Source: an uncultured Rhodospirillaceae bacterium (GTDB lineage Bacteria; Pseudomonadota; Alphaproteobacteria; Rhodospirillales; Magnetospirillaceae). Taken from it: a stretch of 64,000 bases of DNA. Shown here in pieces: positions 56,782-64,000 of the stretch. The notes beneath the pieces are model-generated. The model did no database searches. It saw nothing but the letters and a program-made list of their open reading frames with translations, and was not told the DNA's origin. Location of the stretch: NCBI GenBank assembly GCA_903941105.1, contig CAJANL010000164.1, forward strand, positions 24,408-88,407. The letters are read 5' to 3'. Position 1 is the first letter of the stretch, and each line of letters opens with the position of its first letter. The position numbers and the translations under genes were made by a program.

Positions 56782-57777
56782 ATGCGTCTGAAATCCTTCA
56801 CCGGGGCAACCATGGCCGAGGCCATGGAGATGGTCCGCCTGGAGCTGGGCGACGATGCCATCATCGTCTCGACCCAGCGCGCCGCCGGCGCCAAGGGGGT
56901 GCGCATCACCGCCGCCCTGGAAGCGGCCGATGCCGACTTCGCGGTGGCCGAGATGCTGGGCGAGGGTGGCAACGCCTCGGTGGCCGAGTCCATCAAGGAT
57001 GCGCTGGCCCTGCATGGCGTGCCGCAGCGCCTGGCCGAGCGCCTGGTCAACGCCGCCCGGACCTCGGAAATCGCCAATGCCACCCTGGCCTGCGCCGCGG
57101 CGTTGGAGGCCGGCTTCGCCTTCGCCCACCTGCCGGAGCACTCGGCCATGCGGCCGCTGATGCTGGTGGGGCCGCCGGGCTCGGGCAAGAGCGTGGCGGT
57201 GGCCAAGCTGGCGGCGCGCTCGGTGCTGAAGCAGCGCCATGTCGGCGTCATCACCTGCGACAACATACGGGCCGGCGCCGTCGAGCAGCTGAGCGCCTTC
57301 ACCCGTATCCTGGAGATCGATCTGGTGCGGGCGCGCGGCCCCGATTCCCTGCGCAAGGCGGTGGAGGGCGCCACCGGGCTGTTCGACCTGACCGTCATCG
57401 ACTCGCCGGGGCTGAACCCGTTCAAGGCCAGCGACATGGAATACCTGCAGGCCCTGATCGACGCCGCCGACGTCGAGCCCATCCTGGTCATGGCCGCCGG
57501 CGGCGATCCCACCGAGGCGGCCGAAATGGGCGAGGCCTTCGCCGCCGTCGGTGCCACCCGGCTGTTCGTCACCCGGCTCGACACCACCCGGCGGTTGGGT
57601 GGCATGCTGGCGGCGGCCGACGCCGGCCAGCTCGCTTTGTGCGACGTTTCCGCCAGCCCGCATGTGGCATCCGGAATTTCGCCAATATCCGCGGTCTCCT
57701 TGGCCCGGCTGATGATTCCGCAGCCGCCCGCCGCGCCAGTCAATCAAACCCATTGGACCGAGGCACCCGTATCATGA
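56782..57777 (+). CDS. flhF: flagellar biosynthesis GTPase FlhF
   Basis: 331 aa. SRP-type GTPase motifs GPPGSGKS and DSPG. N-terminus MRLKSFTGATMAEAMEMVRLELGDDAIIVST. Confidence 0.88.
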   Translation: MRLKSFTGATMAEAMEMVRLELGDDAIIVSTQRAAGAKGVRITAALEAADADFAVAEMLGEGGNASVAESIKDALALHGVPQRLAERLVNAARTSEIANATLACAAALEAGFAFAHLPEHSAMRPLMLVGPPGSGKSVAVAKLAARSVLKQRHVGVITCDNIRAGAVEQLSAFTRILEIDLVRARGPDSLRKAVEGATGLFDLTVIDSPGLNPFKASDMEYLQALIDAADVEPILVMAAGGDPTEAAEMGEAFAAVGATRLFVTRLDTTRRLGGMLAAADAGQLALCDVSASPHVASGISPISAVSLARLMIPQPPAAPVNQTHWTEAPVS

Positions 57778-58568
57778 CAACGACCGAAGTCCCCACGCTC
57801 GCGCCGCAACCCGTGCAACGGGTCAAGGGACGCAACGTCATTGCGGTCGCCTCGGGCAAGGGCGGTGTCGGCAAGACCTGGTTCGCCATCACCCTGAGCC
57901 ATGCCCTGGCGCGGTCCTCGCAGCGGGTGCTGCTGGTGGACGGCGACCTGGGCCTCGCCAATGTGGACATCCAGCTGGGCCTGATGCCCAAGACCGACCT
58001 GGGCAGCGTGGTGGCGGGGCGGCTGACCCTCAATCAGGCTCTGACCCCCTTTCCGGCCGGCGGATTCGACATCATCGCCGGGCGATCCGGCTCGGGCACC
58101 CTGGCCAACATCCCGTTGTCGCGGTTGCAGATGCTGTCCGAGGACCTGCTGCTGCTGGCCGGTGGCTACGACCGGGTGGTGGTGGACCTGGGAGCCGGCG
58201 TCGAGAAGACTGCCCGCCAGTTCAGCCAGTCGGCCGGCACCATCATGGTGGTGACCACCGACGAGCCCACCTCGCTGACCGACGCCTACGCCTTCATCAA
58301 GGTCACCCATATGGAGCGGCCGGGGGGCGACATACGTATCGTGGTCAACATGGCCAACTCGACCCGCGAGGGCGAGCGCATCTACAACACCCTGCTGAAG
58401 GCCTGCGAAGGCTTCCTCAAGATCTCGCCGCCGCTGGCCGGGGTGATCCGGCGCGACCTCAAGGTGCGGGAAGCCATCCGCAACCAGACGCCGATCCTGA
58501 TGCGCTCCCCCAACTCGGAAGCCGCCGCCGACGTCGAGGCCCTTGTCGAACGCCTGCGGGGGCGGTGA
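57774..58568 (+). CDS. flhG: MinD/ParA-family ATPase FlhG (FleN)
   Basis: Internal ATG of ORF 57639..58568, overlapping the flhF stop (ATGA). Deviant Walker A: VASGKGGVGKT. Confidence 0.88.
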   Translation: MTTTEVPTLAPQPVQRVKGRNVIAVASGKGGVGKTWFAITLSHALARSSQRVLLVDGDLGLANVDIQLGLMPKTDLGSVVAGRLTLNQALTPFPAGGFDIIAGRSGSGTLANIPLSRLQMLSEDLLLLAGGYDRVVVDLGAGVEKTARQFSQSAGTIMVVTTDEPTSLTDAYAFIKVTHMERPGGDIRIVVNMANSTREGERIYNTLLKACEGFLKISPPLAGVIRRDLKVREAIRNQTPILMRSPNSEAAADVEALVERLRGR

Positions 58569-60328
58569 AGGGTGGCAGCCGCACCATGACCGCCGGCATT
58601 CCGCCCTCGCCGCCCGTTCCGGCCCCACCGCCCCCGGCGATGGCGGCGGCGCTGACGGTGGTGTCGGCCGAGTCGCCGGAAAAGCTTGCCGGGCTGCCGT
58701 CGGGGGCGATGCTCGGCGCGGTGGTCCAGGCCGCGGCCGCCCGTGGTGTCGTCAAGCTCGTCACCGAGGCCGGCACGCTCACCCTCAAGCTGCCGCCCGG
58801 CCTGAAGCTGCCGCCCGATTCGCAGTTGATGCTGCAACTGACCACCCTCAACGGCAATGCCGCCTTCAAGCTGCTGGCCATCAACGGCCGCCCGGTGGTG
58901 CCGGCCGGCGGCACCCTGTCGCCGCTGCTGCCCCCCGCCGGTACCGCCGCCACCCTGATGGCCGCCCTGGGCCAGCCGGCAGCCGGGGTCGCTCCGTCCC
59001 CGGCCCTCCCCGGCGCCACCGTGGCCGGACAGACCCCCGGCGCGCTGTTGGCACCCGAGGCGCCAGGGGTGGGAGGCCAGGCCATGGGCGGCATGGTGGC
59101 GACGGTGTTGCGTCCCGCCGGCCCGCCCGGCCAGGTGGCCATGGCGCCGGCCCCGGGTGGTGGCGTACCGCCTGCCGGGGCGACGGCACCCGGGCCGGGC
59201 GGGCCGCCGCTCCCCGCCGGGCTCGCCGAGCTGGCGCCGGGCACCACCCTGACCCTGCGTATCGCCGCCATCTCCGCCCCGGGCGAGCCACTGCCGCAGG
59301 TCGCAGCCGCGCCGCAGCCGGTGGCGCAACCGCCGCAGCCGGGCACCGCCGTCACGCCCCCCCCTGCCGCGCCGGTCAGGACGGTGGCGGCCACGGCCGG
59401 CCTGCCGGAGCCGGAGCCGCAGCCGGCCGAAATCCCCGTTGCCGCCCCTGCACTGCCCCCCGCGGCGGCGCCGGTGCGGCTGTCCGGTCAGGTGGTCGCC
59501 CATCCGGTTGGCGGCAACGCCATCGTCCAGACGCCTGCCGGGCTGCTGTCGCTGCCCACCGCCGCGCCGCTGCCGCCGGGGGCGGGAGTGGCGTTCGAGG
59601 TGGTGGGCAAGCCGGTGCCGCCGGCCATGGCGGCACCGTCCCCGGCGCCCGCCGGCCTGGGGCCGCAGGGTTGGCCGGCCCTGACCGACGCCGCCACCAC
59701 GCTGGCCGCCGCCGATCCCCGTGAATTCGAGCAGGCCCTGCGCGGCTTTCCCCAGATGGGGCCGCGACTGGCCGCCGGTCTGGCGCTGTTCTCGGGGGCG
59801 ATGCGCAGCGGTGAGTTGCGTCAGGTGTTGGGTGACGGCGCGGTGCGGGGGCTGGAACGCTCGGGCCGCCGCGATCTGGTGGACCGGCTGCGCAAGGACC
59901 TGGGTGAGTTGGCCGCCGATTCGGGGCGCCCGGTGGGGGGGGGCGAGTGGCGGGCCTACACCATGCCGCTGATGAACGGCGCCGAGATCGACCCCATCCG
60001 CCTCTATGTCCGCCGGCCGCCCGAGGAGGTGGACGAGGACGGCAAGGGCGGCGGCAGGAAGGGCCAGGAACAGCGTTTCATCCTCGATGTGGGGATGACC
60101 CGCCTGGGCCGCGTCCAGCTGGACGGGCTGGTGACGCGGGAGAGCAAGCGCTTCGACCTCATCGTGCGCACCTATGAGCCATTCTCCGAGGCGATGCGCC
60201 GTGACATCGGCGGCATCTTCGCCGAGAGCGGCCAGCTCACCGGCACTACGGGTACGGTGGTCTTCCAGGCCGGCCGCTTCGTCGACCTGCCGCCGGCCGA
60301 TACCGCGGCAACCCGGATCTCGGTGTAG
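58565..60328 (+). CDS. Pro/Ala-rich protein with a FliK-like (hook-length control) C-terminal region
   Basis: 587 aa. GTGA overlap with the flhG stop. The central region is extremely Pro/Ala/Gly-rich. The C-terminal block RFILDVGMTRLGRVQLDGLVTRESKRFDLIVRTYEPFSEAMRRDIGGIFAESGQL follows the Flg_hook pattern (L.L.P..LG.V.V......). Confidence 0.45.
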   Translation: MKGGSRTMTAGIPPSPPVPAPPPPAMAAALTVVSAESPEKLAGLPSGAMLGAVVQAAAARGVVKLVTEAGTLTLKLPPGLKLPPDSQLMLQLTTLNGNAAFKLLAINGRPVVPAGGTLSPLLPPAGTAATLMAALGQPAAGVAPSPALPGATVAGQTPGALLAPEAPGVGGQAMGGMVATVLRPAGPPGQVAMAPAPGGGVPPAGATAPGPGGPPLPAGLAELAPGTTLTLRIAAISAPGEPLPQVAAAPQPVAQPPQPGTAVTPPPAAPVRTVAATAGLPEPEPQPAEIPVAAPALPPAAAPVRLSGQVVAHPVGGNAIVQTPAGLLSLPTAAPLPPGAGVAFEVVGKPVPPAMAAPSPAPAGLGPQGWPALTDAATTLAAADPREFEQALRGFPQMGPRLAAGLALFSGAMRSGELRQVLGDGAVRGLERSGRRDLVDRLRKDLGELAADSGRPVGGGEWRAYTMPLMNGAEIDPIRLYVRRPPEEVDEDGKGGGRKGQEQRFILDVGMTRLGRVQLDGLVTRESKRFDLIVRTYEPFSEAMRRDIGGIFAESGQLTGTTGTVVFQAGRFVDLPPADTAATRISV

Positions 60329-60444
60329 GATGGGCTATCTCTTTGCCCCCAAGGCGTCGCCGGGAGGGAGTCCAGTCGTATCAAAGGGATTAGCGGCACG
60401 GACGTTGCTTGACGATGGCGGGGATTCGCCAAAATTGTTCGGCC

Positions 60445-61941
60445 ATGAACATCATCACCACCGACCCTAGGGGTTATTATTCAATTCTGGGATTGTCGCC
60501 GGGGGCCGACCTGGCGACGATCAAGGCCGCCTATCGCGCCCGGGTGAAGTATGTTCATCCCGATCGCAACGGTTCGAGCCGTGCCCGGGAAGAGTTCCAC
60601 CGGCTTGTGGAGGCCTACGCCGTGCTTAAGGACATGGGTAGCCGCAGCCAGTACGACACCACCGGCGAAGCCGAACTCGGCCCGATGGCCGGCCAGCCCT
60701 ATTGCTGCAGCGACTGCGGCCGCGTCACCGCCCAGCCGCGTTACGTGGTCGTCCACAAGGTGCGCAGCAATATCGCCTGGGCAAGAATGACTCGGGTACA
60801 GGGAATTTTTTGCCGGGCCTGCGCCGATCGTGCCACGGTGCGCGCCTCCACCGCCACCTGGGCGATGGGCTGGTGGTCGCTGCCCGGGCTGCTGCTGACG
60901 CCTTTCGTCCTGATCCGCAACCTGTTGGGCGGCAGCCTGCCCGAGCGCGAGAATGCGCAGTTGTTGATCAGCCAGGCATATGCCTTCCTCGCCCAGGGCG
61001 ATGACGAGATCGCCGCCGCCCTGGCCGATCAGGCCGGGAGCTTCTCGCGCGAGCCGCCGCTGAGGAATCAACTGGAGCAATTGCAGGCGGTCATTTCGCA
61101 GCAGACCGGGCCACAGCAGACCGGGCGCCGGTTGAAGAATCGCTGGCGGCCCAGCGGCGGCGTGTTCGCCGCCCAGTTGCTGCCGTTGCTGGCGCTGCCG
61201 GCGGTGCTGGGGCTGTTCGCCATGATCGCGCTGCGGCCCTGGGAGACGCCGGTGTCCACATCGGCGGCCATCGCCGTCAAGGCCGCCCGCATTGGCGAAA
61301 TCCGCCACGTGGCGGTGGAGGATCTCAAGGTGCGCACCGCCCCCCAGGAGGGCGCTCCGGTGCTGACCCTGCTCGACCGCTTCGCCACCGTCGAGGTGAC
61401 CGGCGGCGGCGACAATCCCGAATGGACCGAAATCCGCACCGCCGCCGGGGTGGGCGGCTATGTCCAGACCCGGGCGCTCTATGCCGGATCGGGGTCGCGC
61501 TTCAAGACCGAGTGGTGCGCCGCCAACCGCGGCGCCACGCCCCAGGCCGGCGAGGTGCTGACGCGGCGGGTCTCGGGCGACAATCGCCTGCTGGTGCACA
61601 ACGATGGCCGCCGCGACGGGCTGGTCAAGCTCAAGACGTTGACCGGCAACACGGTGATGGCCTTCTATGTGCCGGCCACCTATCACATCGCCGCCATGGG
61701 CATTCCCGAGGGCACTTACCGCCTGGAATTCGCCACCGGCACCCAGTATTCGCGCGGCTGCGGCATCTTCATCGAGGACATGCAGGCGTCCATGCTGCCG
61801 GTGACGCTGAACTTCCGTTACGTCTCGCCCACCGCCAGCCGCGCCCTCGGCAAGCTGCCCGAGATCTCGCTGACCGCGGTGGCCGGCGCCCCCTATGAGC
61901 CGCAGCCCATGGACCCCGACCGCTTCGCGGCGGACGATTAG
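60445..61941 (+). CDS. J-domain protein with membrane segments and a C-terminal SH3b-like domain
   Basis: ORF 60409..61941 trimmed to the ATG at 60445. YYSILGLSPGADLATIKAAYRARVKYVHPDRN includes the HPD motif. Cys-rich segment, hydrophobic helices, then VRTAPQEGAPVLTLLDRFATVEV...WTEIRTAAGVGGYV (SH3_3-like). Confidence 0.7.
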   Translation: MNIITTDPRGYYSILGLSPGADLATIKAAYRARVKYVHPDRNGSSRAREEFHRLVEAYAVLKDMGSRSQYDTTGEAELGPMAGQPYCCSDCGRVTAQPRYVVVHKVRSNIAWARMTRVQGIFCRACADRATVRASTATWAMGWWSLPGLLLTPFVLIRNLLGGSLPERENAQLLISQAYAFLAQGDDEIAAALADQAGSFSREPPLRNQLEQLQAVISQQTGPQQTGRRLKNRWRPSGGVFAAQLLPLLALPAVLGLFAMIALRPWETPVSTSAAIAVKAARIGEIRHVAVEDLKVRTAPQEGAPVLTLLDRFATVEVTGGGDNPEWTEIRTAAGVGGYVQTRALYAGSGSRFKTEWCAANRGATPQAGEVLTRRVSGDNRLLVHNDGRRDGLVKLKTLTGNTVMAFYVPATYHIAAMGIPEGTYRLEFATGTQYSRGCGIFIEDMQASMLPVTLNFRYVSPTASRALGKLPEISLTAVAGAPYEPQPMDPDRFAADD

Positions 61942-62895
61942 TCAGGGTTTGTCCTTGTTCAGCACCGCGCGCACCTGGACGAGATCGCGGCCCATGCGGC
62001 GGATGTAGTCGAGCAGGGTGTCGAGCACCAGAATCACCAGTTCGGGGGTGCGGTCGACCTGGGACTTCATGACGCTTTTGGGGATGACGATGCAGGTGGT
62101 CTCGTCTTCGGCCATGGCCGAGGCCATGCGCGGTTCGTCGTCGATCAGCGCCATTTCGCCGAAGATGCCGTTGGGACCCAGTTCGCCCAGGATCATCTTG
62201 TGCCCGTCGACGGTCTTGTAGATGGCAACGCGGCCGGTCTCGACCACATAGGCCTCGTCGCCGCGGGCGCCCTCGCCGAAGATGATTTCGCCGGCCTTGA
62301 ACTTCTTGCGGCTGGTCCGCTCGGCGGTGCCGGGTTTTTGCGGCCGTGGCGCCGGCGTGCCGCCGCCGGGCGACCGCACCAGCGGCGCCGGGCGCGGCAG
62401 CGGCGCGCTGTGGCGGCGCTCGCCGGCCTGGGGCAGGGCACGCTCCACCGTGCGCCGGCAGGGGCCGACATAGCCGGCGGCACGGACGAACGGCCGCGGC
62501 GACACCACCGTGGCGCGCAGTCGGCGATACAGCGACTCGGTGGAGAACGGGCGGACCATGAATTCGGTGACGCCGGCGTTGCGCGCCACCATCACCTGCG
62601 CCATTTCGGCCTCGGCGGCGATGACGATGATGGGCACGTCGTTGCGGCCGACCATTCCGCCGGTGCGCACGAAGCGGGTGAAGGCGACGCCGTCCATGGG
62701 GGTGATGTCGCGGTCGACCAGCACCAGATCGCTGTGGCCCTCCTTGAGGATGGCGATGGCGGCGGGACCGTCGGCGCATTCCTGGATGTTGCGAATGCCG
62801 AACGACTGCAGCGCCGATTTCAGATGCGACCGGGCATACTGGCTGCCATCGACGACCAGCACCGAAAGCGGCCTCAGATCCACGTCCACGTACAT
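61942..62895 (-). CDS. response-regulator receiver fused to a cyclic-nucleotide-binding (cNMP) domain
   Basis: 317 aa. REC: VLVVDGS...DLVLVDRDITPMDG...VIAAEA...MVRPF. Pro/Arg-rich linker. cNMP-like region FKAGEIIFGEGARGDEAYVVETGRVAIY...GELGPNGIFGEMALID. Its stop abuts the stop of the convergent J-domain gene. Confidence 0.8.
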   Translation of the reverse strand: MYVDVDLRPLSVLVVDGSQYARSHLKSALQSFGIRNIQECADGPAAIAILKEGHSDLVLVDRDITPMDGVAFTRFVRTGGMVGRNDVPIIVIAAEAEMAQVMVARNAGVTEFMVRPFSTESLYRRLRATVVSPRPFVRAAGYVGPCRRTVERALPQAGERRHSAPLPRPAPLVRSPGGGTPAPRPQKPGTAERTSRKKFKAGEIIFGEGARGDEAYVVETGRVAIYKTVDGHKMILGELGPNGIFGEMALIDDEPRMASAMAEDETTCIVIPKSVMKSQVDRTPELVILVLDTLLDYIRRMGRDLVQVRAVLNKDKP

Positions 62896-63036
62896 CCCTT
62901 GTCCCCCTGCCCGGGAAAACTCGTCCCAACGTTCTAATCGTTACCGCCTGGGGATGCCAAGCCTTCTTGCGCCAACCGCCGTGTGCGGATAGGGTTGCGC
63001 CTTCCTTGGACAAAATCACACGGGGCGCGCCCGACG

Positions 63037-63336
63037 ATGAGCATCATCCTCGTACCCCTTCTTACGGTCATCTACTACGCCCTTGAGATCTACTGGTATA
63101 TCGTCCTTGGGATGATCATCTTCAGCTGGCTCAAGGCCTTCGGGGTGATCAACTCGTACAATCAGGCGGTCCGCACCATCGACAACGTGCTGATTCGCCT
63201 GACCGAGCCGGTTCTGTGGCGTATCCGCCAGGTGATGCCCGATTTCGGTGCCGTCGACCTGTCGCCCATCGCGCTGTGGCTGATCATCATGTTTCTCAAG
63301 ATGGTCTTGGCCAATCTGATCATGGCTGTTCAATAG
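63037..63336 (+). CDS. yggT: YggT family membrane protein
   Basis: ORF 62983..63336 trimmed to the ATG at 63037. 99 aa with two hydrophobic helices. L..TEP.L.P.R...P..G..D.SP pattern. Confidence 0.8.
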   Translation: MSIILVPLLTVIYYALEIYWYIVLGMIIFSWLKAFGVINSYNQAVRTIDNVLIRLTEPVLWRIRQVMPDFGAVDLSPIALWLIIMFLKMVLANLIMAVQ

Positions 63337-63662
63337 TGGATGGATCACCCTTCGCCGTCTCGCCGCAGGGCCTGCGGGTTTCGGTGCGTCTGACGCCGAA
63401 GGCGTCGCGGGAGCGCATCGAGGGCCTGGCGCCCGAGGCCGACGGCGGGGTGATGCTGAAGGTGTCGGTGACCGCCGTGCCCGAGGACGGCAAGGCCAAC
63501 GCCGCCCTGATCAAGCTGCTGGCCAAGGCGTGGCGGGTGCCGAAAAGCAGCATGGACATCGTCCAGGGCGCCACCGACCGGCGCAAGGTTCTCCTCATCA
63601 CCGGCGACGCCGATCAGTTGCGGCAGCGCCTAGAGCAATGGATGGCAACCCACCATGACTGA
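63336..63662 (+). CDS. DUF167 (YggU) family protein
   Basis: GTG at 63336 overlaps the yggT TAG by 1 nt. VRLTPKASRERIEG...LKVSVTAVPEDGKANAALIKLLAKAWRVPKSSMDIVQGATDRRK. Confidence 0.8.
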   Translation: MDGSPFAVSPQGLRVSVRLTPKASRERIEGLAPEADGGVMLKVSVTAVPEDGKANAALIKLLAKAWRVPKSSMDIVQGATDRRKVLLITGDADQLRQRLEQWMATHHD

Positions 63663-64000
63663 CGCCAAGATCATCGACGGCACCCTGTTCTCGGCGACCC
63701 TGCGCGAGCGCATCCAGGCGCAGGTGCGCGACATGCGCGACCTGCACCACGTTACCCCCGGCCTCGCGGTGGTGCTGGTGGGCGAGGACCCGGCCAGCCA
63801 GGTTTATGTCCGCACCAAGAACAAGCGTGCCCTCGAAGTGGGGATGAAGTCGTTCGAGCATACCCTGCCGGCCGACGCCTCAGAGCATCATGTGCTCAAC
63901 CTGATCGAGGGCCTCAACGACGACCCCGAGGTCCATGGCATCCTGGTGCAGCTGCCGTTGCCGCGCCATATCGACAGCCAGAAGGTGATCGAGACCATCC
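63655..64000 (+). CDS. folD: bifunctional methylenetetrahydrofolate dehydrogenase/cyclohydrolase, 5' part (runs off the right edge)
   Basis: My own translation from the ATG at 63655 gives MTDAKIIDGTLFSATLRERIQAQVRDMRDLHHVTPGLAVVLVGEDPASQVYVRTKNKRALEVGMKSFEHTLP...GILVQLPLPRHID, the classic FolD N-terminus. Absent from the ORF track because no stop lies in the window. Confidence 0.9.
   Translation, partial: MTDAKIIDGTLFSATLRERIQAQVRDMRDLHHVTPGLAVVLVGEDPASQVYVRTKNKRALEVGMKSFEHTLPADASEHHVLNLIEGLNDDPEVHGILVQLPLPRHIDSQKVIETI

Noticed and set aside
58382-59724. 373- and 393-aa ORFs overlapping the FliK-like gene in other frames or on the other strand
   Set aside because: They are Arg/Gly/Pro-rich artefacts of the extreme GC and Pro/Ala codon bias in this region. 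The 58565..60328 frame is the one coupled to flhG and ends in a globular, FliK-like domain.

Overview
High-GC (about 65%) chromosomal segment. Gene content and protein signatures suggest an alphaproteobacterium of the Rhodospirillales type; this is inference and cannot be verified without a database search. I found no rRNA, tRNA or CRISPR array. The window is densely coding. Many of the long ORFs in the track are mirror or alternate-frame artefacts of a high-GC genome, and I rejected them.

Left third, housekeeping genes: xerD (5' end only), aroK-aroB, a CNNM/CorC-type transporter, holA-lptE-leuS, two tandem paralogous porins, a thiE-like gene, yggS, a SAM methyltransferase, an L,D-transpeptidase, a ribA-like gene, an OmpR-type regulator, a DUF4142 protein, a YifB/ComM ATPase, a DUF3365 heme-type histidine kinase, gshB, and the block rsmI / yraN / BON lipoprotein / LpoA-like lipoprotein.

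Middle: a signalling patch (hemerythrin, a CheY-like receiver, and a REC-PAS-GGDEF-EAL protein with degenerate motifs), then nupC, an unrecognisable 367-aa protein, an RlmM-like methyltransferase and fliG.

Between fliG (minus strand) and fliF (plus strand) lies an 11.7-kb block. It holds a HExxH protein and a CHASE-PAS kinase that sits 4 bp downstream of a six-gene hydrogenase-4-like operon (HyfB/C/E/F-like subunits, a NuoCD-like subunit and a NuoB-like subunit). The 'large subunit' of that operon lacks every NiFe-binding cysteine, which would make it an Ehr-type complex-I relative. The block also holds a REP-associated tyrosine transposase with flanking inverted REPs, and a truncated GNAT gene.

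Right third: a flagellar class-II style operon (fliF, fliH-like, fliN, flbD, flhA, flhF, flhG, FliK-like), a J-domain/SH3b protein, a REC + cNMP-binding protein, yggT, a DUF167 gene and the 5' end of folD.

Non-coding highlights:
- a 178-bp MITE-like element with TTAA duplication between the yggS stop codon and its terminator;
- hairpin modules shared between two intergenic sites;
- a decamer array that ends exactly where the GNAT homology stops;
- a perfect 18-bp GC hairpin in a divergent promoter region.
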